Assembly: GCF_009914755.1 (NCBI RefSeq)
Contig: NC_060934.1
Origin: the human T2T-CHM13v2.0 reference genome, Homo sapiens
DNA length: 64,000 nucleotides
Reading direction: 5' to 3' (one strand)
Within the stretch, counting starts at the first letter, position 1, and each line of letters starts with the position of its first letter. The position numbers and the translations under genes are program-made. The notes below the pieces were generated by a model that did not search any database, had not been told where the DNA came from, and was given only the letters and a program-made list of their open reading frames with translations. Shown in pieces: positions 1 to 14,499 of the stretch.

Positions 1-1
1 C

Positions 2-512
<511 letters not shown>

Positions 513-1001
513 TCAAGTAACTCCTATAAATCAGCAAGTTGAAGACAGTCAACCCTTGAAGAAGATGAAAAAATGTTATGAACAGACAATTAGCAGCAGA
601 GGAAATCCTGTTGTCACAAAGTAAATGAGGAGCTCCACCTCTCTAGTAACCAGAGACATGGAAATGAAAAGGAGATCGCACCTTGCTGCCACCTTTGCAG
701 AAAATAGATGGTCAAATGATAGCCAGTGCAGCTGTGGTTTGCAGAAATGGGATTCCTCATCTCCCGCTGGTGGGAAGAACATGCAGGCATTGCAGAGAGC
801 CATCCAGGAGCATAGGTGAGAGGCACGCATCCCCCCGCGACACAGAGATGCGGCTCCTGCATTTACATCCCAAAGACATTCTTGCACAACCCACAAGAAG
901 ATACAGAGAAGGACGCTCAGCACAGCATTGCTTTCCACAAAGAGTAGCAGGCAATGGAGAGGCCATCGCCCAGGAACGAAAAAGGTTTGTGGTTTCTTTA
1001 A

Positions 1002-1440
<439 letters not shown>

Positions 1441-2612
1441 TGGACTTTGTTTTTAAGTAAACTCACACACTGGCAAGTCCATGCAGTCATCAGATGGATT
1501 GAACCAGACTTACACATAGCAAAAGGCCCAATCTCAAAAACATAATATCTGACGGAACAAGGAAGAAAGGGATGAGATTTATGGGCCAATACTATTTATG
1601 TAAATTTTAAAACACCCGCAAAATAGCACTATATATTTTCAAGGAGTCACTTATTTTAAAATAAATGTATTATGTGTTGAAAGTGGATCGGAAGAATATA
1701 AAAGCATGAAAGCAGGTATTCTTGGGAGGAGGAAAATGGGAGGGAGGAGGGAGGAGGAAGGGAAAAAATAATAAATAAAACCAAAGTGCAAGGCTGCTGG
1801 GGGAGGGGCAGGTCCTCAGCTGGGTGGTCAGCTCGGTTCGGCGGACCTGCGGACCCCAGGAAAGAAGAAAGGTGTGCGCTGTGCAGACAGCACCGGTCAC
1901 ATGGATGAGGACCAACCCAGACATTTCCCACCACGCAAATTCGGGGTCTTTGTTGCAATGCAGAAGTCGGGATCTTTCCTGCAACCAGGTAAGCACCAAA
2001 GGGCCTTCCCAGCATGCCCCTTCCATTATTCTCTCGTCCGCCAGCCCTAGCCCAGCACCTGTAGGCTCATCTGTCTACAGACCAGCTTCCTCAACAACAC
2101 AGCTAGACTCAGGCCCTTGTGTCTCCAAGGGCCATCTGCATTGTCCGACTGCCTCTGAGGCCTCTGGCACACCTGACCTTCCACCCACCCACCCCTCTAC
2201 CCCTTTGCCAGAGACACCAACCAGAAATGGAGGTGGTGGCTCAGAGCAACCCAGTCAGGTGAACAATAGCAGTGCCTGGGCGGCAGGTGGGTCTGCCTGT
2301 CCCATACACCCACTCCACCTCTCAGCAAACCCCCCTGGGAACCCGGCATACACTGAGGGTGAGCCCCAGAGTCTCTGGGAGCACAGAGTCTGAAAAAGAT
2401 GCCCCAGATGTCGACCAGGTGACAGCCACAGTCCAGGTGCTGTCTGAATAACTTCGGAGTCTTATTTCTTGCTCATTGGATTTCAGTCCTGATCATTGCA
2501 GAGTGAAGGGGAAAGAGAGACGCTCCTGATTTCAGGGATTCGCAGGCATGCTTGGATGGGGAGGGGTGGCCGTCTACCTCCTGCAGCAGCAGTGGTGGGT
2601 GAGGAACCAGAT

Positions 2613-2760
2613 GGCCTCAGGACCTTGAGAAGGGGCCCTGACAAGGGGTGGCACTCATTTACTGTCTGAGAAGCGAGGCCTCAGGATCAGCTAGTGCCCT
2701 GACAAGGGATGGCACTCATTTACTGGCTGAGCAGCAGGGCCTCAGGACCGGCTGGTGCCC
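2613..2760. repeat. Tandem repeat, ~62-bp unit x ~2.3
   Basis: GGCCTCAGGA starts at 2613, 2677 and 2738; GCCCTGACAAGGG.TGGCACTCATTTACTG occurs twice. Confidence 0.85.
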
Positions 2761-5305
2761 CTCCAATGGCACAGGGGCTGAGGGATGCCTGTGGAATCCA
2801 TAGAAGAAGCAAGGGATGGTGGGAAAGAAGGGAGCAGGGAGGGAGAAGAGGGGAGGGAGGGCCTGAGAAAGGACAGGAGCCACCACACCTAAGTGCAAAC
2901 AAACCAGGCCTCCCAGGTGCCAGCTGAGCAAAGGGACATGAAGGCTCCCTGACAATACAGGCCGTTCCACACACACACCTGGCCGTGGTATAAAGAAGCC
3001 TGCTTCATAAAAGCATGGAGTGAGCTAAGCACATCTTAGAATCTTCCAGGCAAATAAAATGTACCCCTTCAAGCACCAGTTTTTCATTGTAACATTCAGA
3101 ATAATAACACTCGGAGGAACGAGCTCATGCTCCCACATTTCACCTTATTCCATTATTTATTTAATTACCCACAGGATACCAAGTGTAATTTGATGTTTCC
3201 CCAAAGAAGTCATCATCTGGAGCTTGTGTCTCCCCTGTTGTCACGCCACTAGGACCTCAGAGCTCACGAGGCCTGAGCGTCCAACCAGCCTGCCCTACCA
3301 GCCCGTCGGCCTGCTCTCTGCCTACCCCACCTGCCTGCTCTTCTATTCCAAACCTCATTCTTCCCCTTCAGAGCCCTGGGACCTGACAGCTACTTCTCTC
3401 TCCACCAGGAAGAAGGGAGCCCAGTGTTCCTAGTGAGGGAGCCCAGCTCCTTGCAGGGAACTGAACTCCTCCCACCCGCAGTGGGGCCAACAGAGGACTC
3501 GGGATTCAACCTCAAGCTTGAGACACAGAATCATCAGCAAACTCTGCGCTGCGATGGGGTGAGGATGAATGAGGGTGCTGGGACCCCAACTCAGAGAAGA
3601 TGGGAAGGGATGTGGCTTAGAGGACAGCTGGCATTCTCAGCTGCTGGTGTTTGTGTTCGTCTGAGACAGAAGCAAGAATAAATCAGAAAACCCATCACGA
3701 GCAAAGGCAGTGAGAGGGCGACTGGATGCCAGGTATGGTCAGCTTGGCATGGAGAGGCCAGCACAGGCGTGCCCAGGGCCCACGGCCTCAGCACGGCCCA
3801 GCTCTCCCCTACACCAGCTCCTCCTCATCCCCTGACCACTTAAAGACCCAAGAGCCCTGGCACTCAGTCCCTGGTCCTCTCTTCTCTGTCCACACTCAAC
3901 CTTGTTAATCTCACTCAGTTGCAAGGCTTAATGTCATCTATATGTTGGAAACTCCCAAATCGATTGAATTGATCTCCTGAATCTCAGGCTCACGTATCCA
4001 GTTTCCTGCTTGATGTATTTCTGCTTGGATGTCTAACAGACATCTATGGGGGTAATCCATCACTGCATAACAAACTCCCCAAAACTTAGAGTCCCAAAAG
4101 AGTGATGTATTGTTTCTCGTGATTCTGTTGGTCAGGAGCTCATCTGGATGGTTCTTCTGCTCTGTATGATGTTGGCTAGAGTGGCTCCCACAGCTGCATT
4201 CTCTGGAAACTCAGCTGGAACTAGAAGCTCTTTCTCTCCTGCGTGTTAGTTGGTGCTGATTGTCTGTTGGTCTCAGCTCTCCTCCACGTGGCTTCTCCTC
4301 CTCCCACAGTCTGCCTCAGCTTCCTTACAGCATGGCAGCTGGTTTCCAAGAAAGCAAGAGGGGACACTGCTAAGCCTCTTCGAGTTCAAGGTGAGACCAG
4401 GAATTGGCACAGCTTCATTTACTCCACATTCTCTGTTTTTTCTTTTCTTTTTCTTTATTTTATTTTATTTTATTTTATTTTATTTTATTTTTTGAGGCAG
4501 GGTCTTGCTCTGTCACCCAGGCTGGAGTGCAGTGGCACAATCATAGCTCACTACTGAAACTCCTAGACACAAGCAATCCTCCTGCCGCAGTAGCTGAGTA
4601 GCTAGGACTATAGACGTGTGCCATCACGCCTGGCTCCTCCCTCCACACTCTATCAAGCAAAGCAAGTTAGGAGACCATTCCTAATTCAAGGAGCAGGGAG
4701 AGGAAGGGTTGGGAGGGGTGGAATTGTCAACGGTGTTCTGAGGAGCTTCTTACCAGGACGTCTCATACCAGCCTTTCAAAATCAAGCTCCTGATCTTTCC
4801 CCCAGACATGCTCCTCCACAGCCTTCCCCCAGTGGATGACAACTCCATCCAGCCAGCCTTCCAGTTGGAAATCTGCATGACACCTAATTCATTACAAGTC
4901 CTGTTGGCTCCACCTTGAAAGTGTATCCCAAAACCCCCTTCCCACCACCATCCCAGCTCCCAGCAAGCCTAAGCCCCCAGCGTCTTTCTCTGAGCTCCTC
5001 AGCAGCCTCCCAACGACCTCCCTGCCTCTGCCCTTGGAGTCTCCTCTTCACGTGACAGCCAGGTGGATCCTGCAGTGCTCTGGGCCAGAGAGTAAGTCAG
5101 GGGTTTCTGCTCAGACCTTCCTGTGGTTTCCTGCTTCCCTCAGAGTAAAAGTCAAAGCCCTTACAGTGGTGCTGGGCCCTGTGCCGGCTGCAGCCCACCC
5201 CGTACACGCTCGGCATGACTGCCCAGGCCTGGCCCCACTGCAACCACCCAGCCTCCCCCAGACACCCTAGCCTTCCACCCAGCAAGCCCCCCGCCATCCC
5301 TTGGC

Positions 5306-5480
5306 CAAGACTGGCTACGTAATTCACGGGGCCCCATGCAAAATGAAAACACAGGCCCTTCTTCCAAATGACCGAGCATTTCAGGACAGCAACTGGACAG
5401 AATGAACCCAAATGCAGGAAACTTGAGGCCGGGGCCCTGTGTGCTGCCTGCACAGGTCACACACTGTGAAGCGGTCCCTG
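5306..5480 (-). mobile_element. MER45-like hAT DNA transposon relic
   Basis: GGGGCCCTGTG...TGCACAGGTCAC..TGAAGCGGTCCCTG resembles the MER45A end as I recall it. Confidence 0.6.
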
Positions 5481-5640
5481 GAGCAGCCCAGTGAAGCAAG
5501 CGACACAGAGCTTTTTGTCATTTTCCTAAGTCAAGATCAGGAAACAGGCTCAGAGAGGGCCAGGACTGGCCAGGGTCACACAGCTGGAAAGCAGAGGGCT
5601 CCTGCTGGACTCCAGACCTCAGCAACAGGGTCTGAACTCT

Positions 5641-5760
5641 CCTCCATGCCTCCATGCCCACCTCCTTCCCCTCCATGCCCTCCATGCCCACCTCCTTCCC
5701 CTCCATGCCCTCCATGCCCACCTCCTTCCCCTCCATGCCCTCCATGCCCACCTCCTTCCC
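5641..5760. repeat. 30-bp minisatellite x4
   Basis: CTCCATGCCCTCCATGCCCACCTCCTTCCC, near-perfect copies. Confidence 0.95.
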
Positions 5761-7469
5761 CCGCTCCAATGCCTGGATCCGCCTGAGAGGAGAAAGATCC
5801 TGAGTTCCCCTCTTCACTGCCCATGGACACTCCTACCCAGCGCACCCCTGTCCTCCAGTGTGAGGGCATCAGAAGTCCAGTCCCACCTGCCAGGCCCTCC
5901 ATGGCCTGCCCTGTGTCATGGTCAAAGCCCCTCCTTACTGGGAATTAGGGCTTTATTTGAGCTGGGAATGAGGCCAAGGAAGATGGTGAAACAGGGAGAA
6001 AAGCAGCACCCAGTGGGAGAATGTCGCTTCCGAGGACAGGAATCAAGGAACACGAGGCTGACGGAGGAAATCTGCACAGGAAGGGGTGGAAGGTACTGAA
6101 CAGTGTAAACCAGAAGCCCCCGCCCAGCCCTGGAAGCCCGAGACAGCACTGCTTGACTCCAGGGCCAAGCCCAGCAGGCCGGGCCAGGGGAGGTCTCCCC
6201 GAGGACCACAGCCTGGGGCAGAGACACGGGAGCCCTAATTAGGGGCTTGCAAAGGGCTTAGCCTCGGGACTACACAAAGCCCCGGAGCTGGGCCGCGTGA
6301 GCCCCAGCCTGTGTCGGGACAGACTTAACGGCCTGGGCTGGAGTCGCCAGCAACATAAAGTATTCTTGTTCCCAGCGATTTTAACAAGGCATTTATGGAC
6401 CCGAGACAACCTCAGGACAGCACTTGGTTGAAGGAGCTGGCTGCCCAGACAATCAGGGCACAGAGTCAGGTCAGCACAAGGGCCCAGTGATCAAGGCCAG
6501 AAAGGCAGGAGAACTGAGGGGCCATTCACCCCATGGTGCAGGGATGGCCCCTCCCCAACCCTGTTAAAACGCAGCCAGTTGGGCTTAACCCTGGGGGGCC
6601 TTCACCTTCATAGAGGTGGGGAGGGGGCGGAGACACACTGGAACCAGATTCCCAGGCCTGGGACACCCACCACCAACACCAACATCAATTTCAAACATAG
6701 CCACAGTAGACACTAAAGCACTGGGGGCCAGGTCCCTGAGTCACTGCCCCCAGTAGCACCAAGCACCCTGGGAATATCTTGGGCTCCCCAAGACTGCCCC
6801 GCTGTTCCCATCAGCCTGTGCACTTCATCACAGAGCAATTAATCTGTTGTCCTGGTTTTTGCTCATCAAAGTGGCCATAACCAGGGTCCAGTGTAGCGAG
6901 ATGAGCCCTCCTGTTGATGCAGTTCCAACCCAGTTATGTTGCCCAGGGTGGTCTCAAACTCCCGGGCTCAAGCAGTCCTCCTGCTTTGGCCTCCCAAAGT
7001 GCTGGGATTACAGGCATGAGCCTGCCCTATTGTTATTAATAACAGTGACAGCTACTACATATCCAACATTTATTAAGTGGTTTAGAGAATTATGTTTTTC
7101 CCTCACAAATAACCTATGAGAGAAGAATGTTGATATCTATAGAAAGCTGAGACACAGGGAGGTTAAGAAACTTACTGACGGTGCAACCTTAGGCAGATAG
7201 TGGCACCAGCTCTAAAACATGGGCCTCATTGGCAGCCAGTGACCACATGCCTGGTCACTGGGCAGGAGCCTGTCGACAGGGTGGGTTTGTGTGAGCTGGC
7301 AGAAACAGCTTTGGACTTGGAATAGGGACACCCTGGTTCCACTGAGCTCTGACACTCACTTTACAACCTCTGGACATCTCCATGAAATGGGGACGCAGAC
7401 CCTTTCCCTCCACTTCCCAGGGCAGTGAGGGGGATTGGAGAGGCTGAGCCAGGGGAAGGGCTTTGCTGG

Positions 7470-8328
7470 CAGTGGTATCCAAATAATGGCCCCCAAAAAT
7501 GCCCAGTCCTAATGCCTGGAACTGAGCCTATGTGACCGATATAGTTTGGCTGTGTCCTCACCCAAATCTCATCTTGAATTGTAGCTCCCATAATTCCCAC
7601 ATGTCCTGGGAAGGACCTAGTGGGAGGTAACTGCATCATGGAGGTGGGTCTTTCCCATGCTGTTCTCGTGATAGTGAATAAGTCTCATGAGATCTGATGG
7701 TTTTATAAAGGGGAGTTCCCCTGCACAAGCTCTCTTGTCGGCTGTCATGTAAGATGTGTCCTTTGTGCCTCATTTGCCTTCTGCCATGATCATGAGGCCT
7801 CCCCAACCACGTGGAGCTGTGAATCCATTAAGCCTCTTTCCTTTATAAATTACCCAGTTTCAGGTATGTCTTTATTAGCAGCATGAGACCAGACTAATAC
7901 AGTGTCCTTATATGGTAAAAGGGACTTCACAGGTGTGATTACATTAAGGATCTTGACATGGAAGATTATCCTGGATTATTATTCAGGGGCCCAATGTGAT
8001 CACAGGGGTCCTTATAAGAGAGAAGAGTTGGGGCTCAGAGGCAGAGAAGGAGATACGACCACAGGAGCAGAGGCCAGAGAGATGCTCTTTGAGGACACAG
8101 GAAGAGGCCAGGGGCCAAGGCCAGGGCAGCCTCTGGAAGCTGGAAAAGGCAGGAAACAGACTGTCTCCTCGAGCCTCTAGAAGGAACCAGCCCTCTGATA
8201 CCTTGATGTTAGTCCGGTGAGACAGATTTGGACTTCTGACCTCCAGAGCTATAAGATAATTAATCTGTGTTGTGTTACATCACCAACTTTGTGGTAATTT
8301 GCCATGGAAGCCACAATGAACTCATAGA
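7470..8328 (+). mobile_element. MLT1-type MaLR LTR with nested THE1 LTR (7537-7901)
   Basis: THE1 start GATATAGTTTGGCTGTGTCC..CCCAAATCTC, end CAGACTAATACA; MLT1 sequence on both sides. Confidence 0.85.
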
Positions 8329-9672
8329 GTGGCTCAAACACCCATTCATTTGGGAGCAATTCCATCCACAACTGTGAACTCTGCGGATTTCACAGAAGTG
8401 TCTGCTTTGGTCCGGGCAAAATGATTACAAATTCTACTCTTGCAGAACAGAAAAGAGGCTTCAGATAATTCTGTTCTACTTCCTGCAGAGGGTTTAAAGA
8501 GTAGGAGCTGAAAACTATATAACTACTGTAAACGACACCAGACTCTTCCTGCTGCCCCCAAATCAAACATATTTTCTTCTCGGAGAGTGATTTTAAGGTG
8601 TTTTCTGACAAAACCAGCCCTATTCAGGTGGAGGCCGCTGCCCACCACCAAATCACCCCATGTGCCCATGGACTCTGCCACTGGCCAGGGCCAGGCTGAA
8701 ATCACAGCTCAGGGAAAGGAGCCACACTGGCCAGGCAGGGCAGCCAAGGGCTCCAGGCTTTGACAGGATCGAGGGTTCGAGGCTGCGGGGCAGGGAGCAT
8801 CCCAAGAGCTGTGAATATAACAAGTCATCTGTGCACACAGGATGCTGCCCTCTTATATTAATAAACCTGACGGAAATTGTATAGGCTGTGGAAGGAATCA
8901 GAGGCAAGCAGACGCTTCCTCATCAAACTGCGCACACAACAGAAAACGGAGTCCACGTGGATGTTCCCAAACCAGGGGAGACTGTCAGTGCTTGACCATA
9001 GGGTTTGTCCTTCTCCACCAGGGTCCAAGCACAGGTGGACTTGGTAAGCAGAGCCTCGACAGACCTGCCCGCATACTGACACCCCTGCCAGGGAAGCCCC
9101 TCAGTGCAGCGGGGGGCAAAGCGAAAACGGGAAGTATCAAGATGAGGATTCCAGTCCCTGCTGTGAGCCAAGGCCGTTTCTGGGCCTCAGTTTCCCCAGC
9201 CACAGCCAGAATCAGCTGGGGTATGTGACCCAACCTGAAGGTCTGGGCTTCCCTACCCAGGTCCCCAGGCTCAGGACTAGCTCCACCTCTCTCTGCTCAC
9301 CTCCTCACAGATGTGGCCCCAGCCCAAGCCAGAGCTTCCCCAGCTCTCCCCACTCCCTGCTTCCTCTACCCCAGATTCTGAAAATGGAAGCTCCTTTCTG
9401 CTTGAGGCTCTCCAGCTCCTCCTTGCTCCTCCATCTCCTGGAAGTCCCCCCAAACTTGAACTTGTTTCTTCACCAATGGCCAAAGGAAACTTGATTCCTA
9501 ACTCTCCTCATCCCTGGGCTTTGCTCCCTCTTCTTTGTTTTCTTTGGAATCTTTGCCCTCTGTCTTAGTTCGGGTTCCCCCGAAGACAACCAGAGCTAAG
9601 AACTTGGATGCAGGTAGTTTATTTGGGAGGCAGCCCAGGAAGCACAGGGAAGATGGAAAAGCAGAGAGGGTG

Positions 9673-10565
9673 ATGGGGGTTGAATCATGTCCCACAGAAA
9701 GATGTGTCAAGTCCTGACCCCGGTACTTGTGAATGTGACCTATTTGGAGATAGGGTCTTTGCAGTAATTAAGGGTTAATGTCTGATATGGTTTGGCTGTG
9801 TCCCCACCCAAATCTCGACTTGAATTGTAGCTCCCATAATCCCCACGTGTCGTGGGAGGGACCCAGTGGGAGGTAATTGAATCGTGGGGGGCGGGTTTTT
9901 CCTGTGCTCTTCTCTTGATAGTGAATAAGTCTCAAGATCTGACGGTTTTGTGAAGGGCAGTTCCCCTGCACTTCTCTCTTGCCTGCCACCATGTAAGACA
10001 TGCCTTTGCTCCTCCTTCACCTTCTGCCATGATTGTGAGGCCCCAGTGCTGATGGCCTCCCAGGGTTCAGGAATGTCCAACTGGACTCTGTTTTCTGTTG
10101 TGTGGGCAGTTTGATGAGGCAGGGTCTGCTTGGCTCTGATTCCTTCCATGGCCTATATATTTCTGTAAGGACATAGAGCCATGTGAAACTGTGAGTCCAC
10201 TAAACCTCTTTCCTTTCCCAGTCTCAGTTTATGTCCTTATAGCAGTGTGAGAACAGACTAAACAAGGTCTTTACATGTAGATAAGTTGTAAGTTAGGATC
10301 CTGTGATTGGGATGAGCCCTAAATCCAATATGACTGGTGTCCTGATTTGAAGAGGAGAAAAGACACAGACACATACACAGAGGAGCATGCCCCATGAAGG
10401 CACAGTCACAGTGGGAAGACAGAGACAGAGAAGAGAGTGGCATAGCTGCAAGACCACAAATGCTGAGCACTGCCAGCAAGTACCAGAAGCCGGGGAGAGC
10501 ATGGCCCTGGGCTTGTTACTCAAAGCCACCCAGTTTGTGCAGCACCCCTAGGAAATTAATACTCC
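9673..10565 (+). mobile_element. MLT1-type MaLR LTR with nested THE1 LTR (9783-10264)
   Basis: TGATATGGTTTGGCTGTGTCCCCACCCAAATCTC...AGACTAAACA inside an older MLT1. Confidence 0.85.
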
Positions 10566-13500
10566 ATATACATATTAACACGCACACACTCTAATGGTTC
10601 TTCTCCTCCAACTGAGACTTGAGTGACACATGTCATTCTCTTTGGCCACCCAGCATCCTGATATACCCCTTCCCCACTTCATGTATCAGAGGAAGGGAGA
10701 AACCCCAACCCATTATAAAGCCTGAAAATGCCAGAAACCTACCTTCACAGCCTCCCTTGCAGCCAGGGAAACAGACATTTGATAAGGGTTCTGCCAATTA
10801 GATGCATGTGAGAGCCAGTAACAAAAAGTCTGTCACTGTGTGGATGCCAGGTTGGGGGTGTTGGGGTAGCAGAGATACCCACTGTCAGTTCTAGAGGCTT
10901 CCAGAAATGGGTTGAAGCAGTGATGGCCAGTCCTTACACTGGTGGAGTCAGCAGCACATAAGGGTGTCAGTACCCATCAGAGGTCTCAGGGTATCTCCCC
11001 TGGTCCTGCAAAGTGATTTTGAACATTATTTCCAGGCTACATAGCCTTCAAACCTTGTTGTCCAACCTATGCAGAGATCCTGTGAGCTGCCTGATATCCC
11101 TTAGTACATTTCTGGTTTGCTTTAATGAGCAGAAATTAGCCGCAGCTGCTTGCAGCTATGCTCCTTGATTGGCATGCAATTTCGTGCACACAGCTCTTCC
11201 CACTTTTGCTTGCAGCTCCTCTAGGATTCTGGTGGGAAGCTTTGGAGTGAGCCAGGAACTGGTCTCGAGGTGACCTCCCACTTTCAAGGCTGGGCTGCTG
11301 GCTCTCTCCTCTTTCCCATCAGCAAAGTGAGAGAGTGGTTTTGAGTATAGGCTTCAGCGGCCACAGTCATGGGTTAAGATCCTGGCTCTTTGGGGGCTCT
11401 TGGGCGAATTATTTAGCCTCTCCGACTTTTTTTCCTGTTTTTTTCTCTCCCCTCCTCAACTTCTCTGAACTTTTATCTGTGAAATGAGAATAATAATACT
11501 GAGGATTTGTGATCAACCTCAGGATTTGTTTTCTCCCCAAAAATGCTTCCTTCCTTCCTAGTGATAGGGCCTGTTCTTTCTTGGGGTGAATTCACTCGTG
11601 ACTCATTCAGGGATGGGGATGGGTCTCCAAGAGGCTCATCTAAGTGTCCCCAGGATGTTTCTGGTTAAACAGGACCAACTGTTTCGGGTGGAGTGGGTGT
11701 GAAGGTTGAGGTGCATCCTGGTTGCAGGCAGCTATCTCTGCCATGATGTGGAGAGTGCCTCTTGGGGTGACCCAGTCTCTAAATGCCAGCTGGGGACAGG
11801 GGGTTCTGATGACACCTTCCAGCTCCTGGGTCCAGCTGGGCTTGAAGTTGCATGAAAATCAGCCAGTCAGTTTTCTTTTCCCTTCAGCTGGTGTAAACTG
11901 GGTTCTTCATCTCCATCGAGTCTCTGAGCAGGATTCAGTGAGAAAACACAGAGTTGCTGAGCATGGATCCCAGGGTAGAATCTGCCAGGTTTTCTTTTCC
12001 AGGACACATGAGGATGCGAGTAGACTCCAGGTGGCTGCCAGGAGTGCCCCCAGCCTGCCAGGCATGCCCAGGCCTCAATCTCAGGGCTAGATAAAGCTTA
12101 GATTCAGTCTGGGGCCCTGGCTACACACAATTTTGTATTCTACTTCACACTGTGTTGTGGTCATTTTTCCATATCATCAATATTCTTTGAAGGCCTGATT
12201 TGTCATGTCTAACAATCCAAAATGAGGATTTTTCATAACTCTTTTTAGCCATCCTCTACTGTTGGACATTAAATTTGTTTCCCATTTCCCACTTTAGAAG
12301 TCGTGCTGTTAAATCATGTTTGTGTACAAGTCTTTGACTGTATTGTAAATTACTTTCCTGGGATGGATTTCTAAACATGGAATGACTAGGTAGGTCATGG
12401 ATGTCTTTAGAGCTCTTGATACCTTTGGAGATGCTCAGTTTTGAAAGAGCATCTGCACCCTTTTTTAAATGCATCATTCCACTGTCAACCAATCTTCACT
12501 GCCAGAAATTCTTCCACGGCTACCACTCATTTAGTGCTGTGGGCTAGGTACTGTTGTAAGCACCCATTTACAACAGCCAATTGCATGGATAACATTATTG
12601 TCCAGTTTTAAAGATGAAGAAGCTGAGGCTCAAAGAAGGTTTGCAACTTGCCGAAGACAGCACATCTAGAAAGAGGGAAAGCAAGGTGTGCACTAGGTTT
12701 GTCTGCCTAAATCCTATGCTGTTCTGCCTGAAACCTTCTTGGGAGAGAGGGATCACTTCCTACTGGGAGTTCTACCTGAAAATAATTCCCCCAGCTGGTG
12801 CCTGGACACTTCCTGTGTAATACCATGAGATATCCCAGTAGAAGCACATTCTAAATTATTTTGGATCCTAGATCATGCAGCTTACACCTTAATAACATCA
12901 GGGTTATTTCCATGGAGGATCTTTCTCAGCAAAGCATAGTTGCACGGACCTATGAATGGTGCGTCTCCTACTAGGGAGTCTTTGAGAAGCAAATTAACCC
13001 CTCGGACAACAGGGCAGCAGCCTGGGTACTTGTTTACTGTTCCTTCAATGGCGTTGTCACGTCCCTTCCTGGGCAAGGTCAGGGCAACAAAAGGATGAGC
13101 AGATGTTAATCAGGCAGAGTTCACTGAGCGCTCCCTCGGGACTGAGGGAGATGGAGAAAGGCCTTCAGGGGTTTCAGCAACTATATCAGAAAGGACGGGG
13201 GTGCAGAAACCTCAGACCAGGACAGTGAGTCTGGGTGCTGTCACCTGCGGAAGGACAGGTTGTGTTCACTTCTCTCCCACCCTCTGCATCCTCTCTTCAA
13301 TCCATTTTCAATGAGTTGCTCTTTCCCCGGCCCCCCACACTGAGCAGGTTGGGGGCACACTTCTCTTGGACAGTGCAGCGTCCACATGACTCCCAGGGAT
13401 AGCCGCAGGTGGCTGGGCCAGCATGCTCATCACCACAGAAGGCTGGTGCTTGGGAGAGCCTGCGGTTCCCATCTGGTCTGGGGCCCACCTGGACAGCCGC

Positions 13501-14120
13501 ACACCTGGGGCCTCCCTTATGCTGGGCCAAGCCTCACCCCTGCTGGGTTTCCCTGTTGATGGAGGAATTGCACTCTCAGGGGGGTGGGGGCAGGAAGGGG
13601 CATGCCTGTCCCTGAGGGGACATGGGCTAAGGCACGTGGGAGCATGTCCTCTGCGCCCGCTCTGCTGCTCCATGTGAAACCAGTGGCACCCCAATGTCTT
13701 GGGTTGTCTAAAGACCATGCCAGGAAGCAGAGCTCCACCAACTGGAGCTGCCCTGGGATCTGACTGTAGCTAAAGAGGCTATCCTCATGCAGGTCCATGT
13801 AGGTCCCAAGCAGCTGTGTGTGGAGTGGCCCCGCAGACCTTTGGTCCACAGTGGGGTCTGTATGAGCTCCCCCAACCCCACCCCATTGTCCCTGCCTGAG
13901 CCTCGGGGCACCTTCCAGCTGAACAGGAGAACAGGAGACCCTGCACGTCGCATGGTCTAGCCCAAAGACGGCTCTTGTGGACCTATGTATCGCTCGCCCT
14001 TCCATATCCCCTCAAAGTGCTAGGCCCAGCGGTCTGTCAGCAAATACCTGGGGACTGGGGCCAGGTGTGACCAAGCCAGTGCTACTTGGTTCCAGGGAGC
14101 TTTAAAGATGGTGTCTGGGG

Positions 14121-14499
<379 letters not shown>

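Noticed and set aside
5439-5902. PPCPPPSPPC and GGHGGHGGEG repeat ORFs
   Set aside because: By-products of a 30-bp (multiple-of-3) VNTR with no exon evidence; the same applies to ORFs at 17958-18997.
11900-11940. Partial similarity to the 65-bp segment (also near 54592-54612)
   Set aside because: Short, gapped matches only; not convincing third copies without a statistical search.
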